From the sequence record LT960552.1: a stretch of 64,000 nucleotides of DNA; one strand, given 5' to 3'. Below are positions 63,751 to 64,000 of the stretch, in pieces. The stretch's first letter is position 1; every line of letters starts with the position of its first letter. Made by a program: the position numbers and the translations under genes. The notes under the pieces are model-generated. The model was not told the origin of the DNA. It saw only the letters and a program-made list of their open reading frames with translations, and searched no databases.

Positions 63751-64000
63751 ATGGAATGTTTAAATTGCGGTCATGAAACAAAAAATGTTAAGTTTTGTAG
63801 CAGATCATGTTCAGTGACGTTTAGTAATAAAAATAGAAAATTAAGTCAAGAAACCAAATCCAAAATATCTAAGAAGATGCAAAACAAAGTAAATCCTGAA
63901 GACATTAAACAATGTCATACTGATGGGCTTACTGTTCCAGAAATAGTTGATAAATTGGGTTGTACTAAAACAACAGTGTATAAATGGTTAGAATTTTATG
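63751..64000 (+). mobile_element. probable homing endonuclease, N-terminal part (cut by window edge)
   Basis: MECLNCG...KFCSRSC...LSQETKSKISK, like the N-terminus of 49658-50290; HTH-like segment follows. Confidence 0.65.

Noticed and set aside
1-64000. Whole-genome code 15 (TAG=Gln) reassignment
   Set aside because: Nearly all genes are intact under code 11; only two in-frame TAGs were found, so at most conditional readthrough.

Overview
A 64 kb AT-rich segment of a lytic jumbo-phage genome. It is probably a RaK2/GAP32-like myovirus of a gammaproteobacterial host; this is inferred from gene content and style. Every credible gene is on the + strand, and the minus-strand ORFs are shadows. About 110 mostly small accessory genes are interleaved with about 22 tRNA genes. 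Recognisable products are TelA, a DEDDh exonuclease, NadR (frameshifted) with PnuC, two ATP-grasp proteins, an AAA ATPase, a 5'-nucleotidase, two Pth2-like proteins, an HD protein, a GNAT, two cyclic-phosphate-processing receiver proteins, HNH endonucleases, a YadA-type autotransporter, a kinase-like protein and the anti-CBASS sponge Acb2. The most unusual content is non-coding or sub-genic. (1) A 15-copy family of tRNA-derived RNAs shares a GAATC/GATTC-type helix followed by an unpaired (A)CAGCA(A) motif. It occurs in three topologies: inserted in the anticodon arm of normally ordered tRNAs, circularly permuted (YrlA/Y-RNA-like), and minimal anticodon-loop displays. (2) A mimic of the 23S rRNA L11-binding/GTPase-associated centre carries a structured insert. 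(3) A CUA amber-suppressor tRNA lies near two coupled genes that each have an in-frame UAG. (4) A ~400-nt RNA is closed by a perfect 16-bp helix. (5) The palindrome AGTACT is strongly over-represented. (6) A separate TGAAAC-N14-TGGTATAAT promoter class precedes the RNA genes. All structures were read by eye, and no database search or folding program was run.
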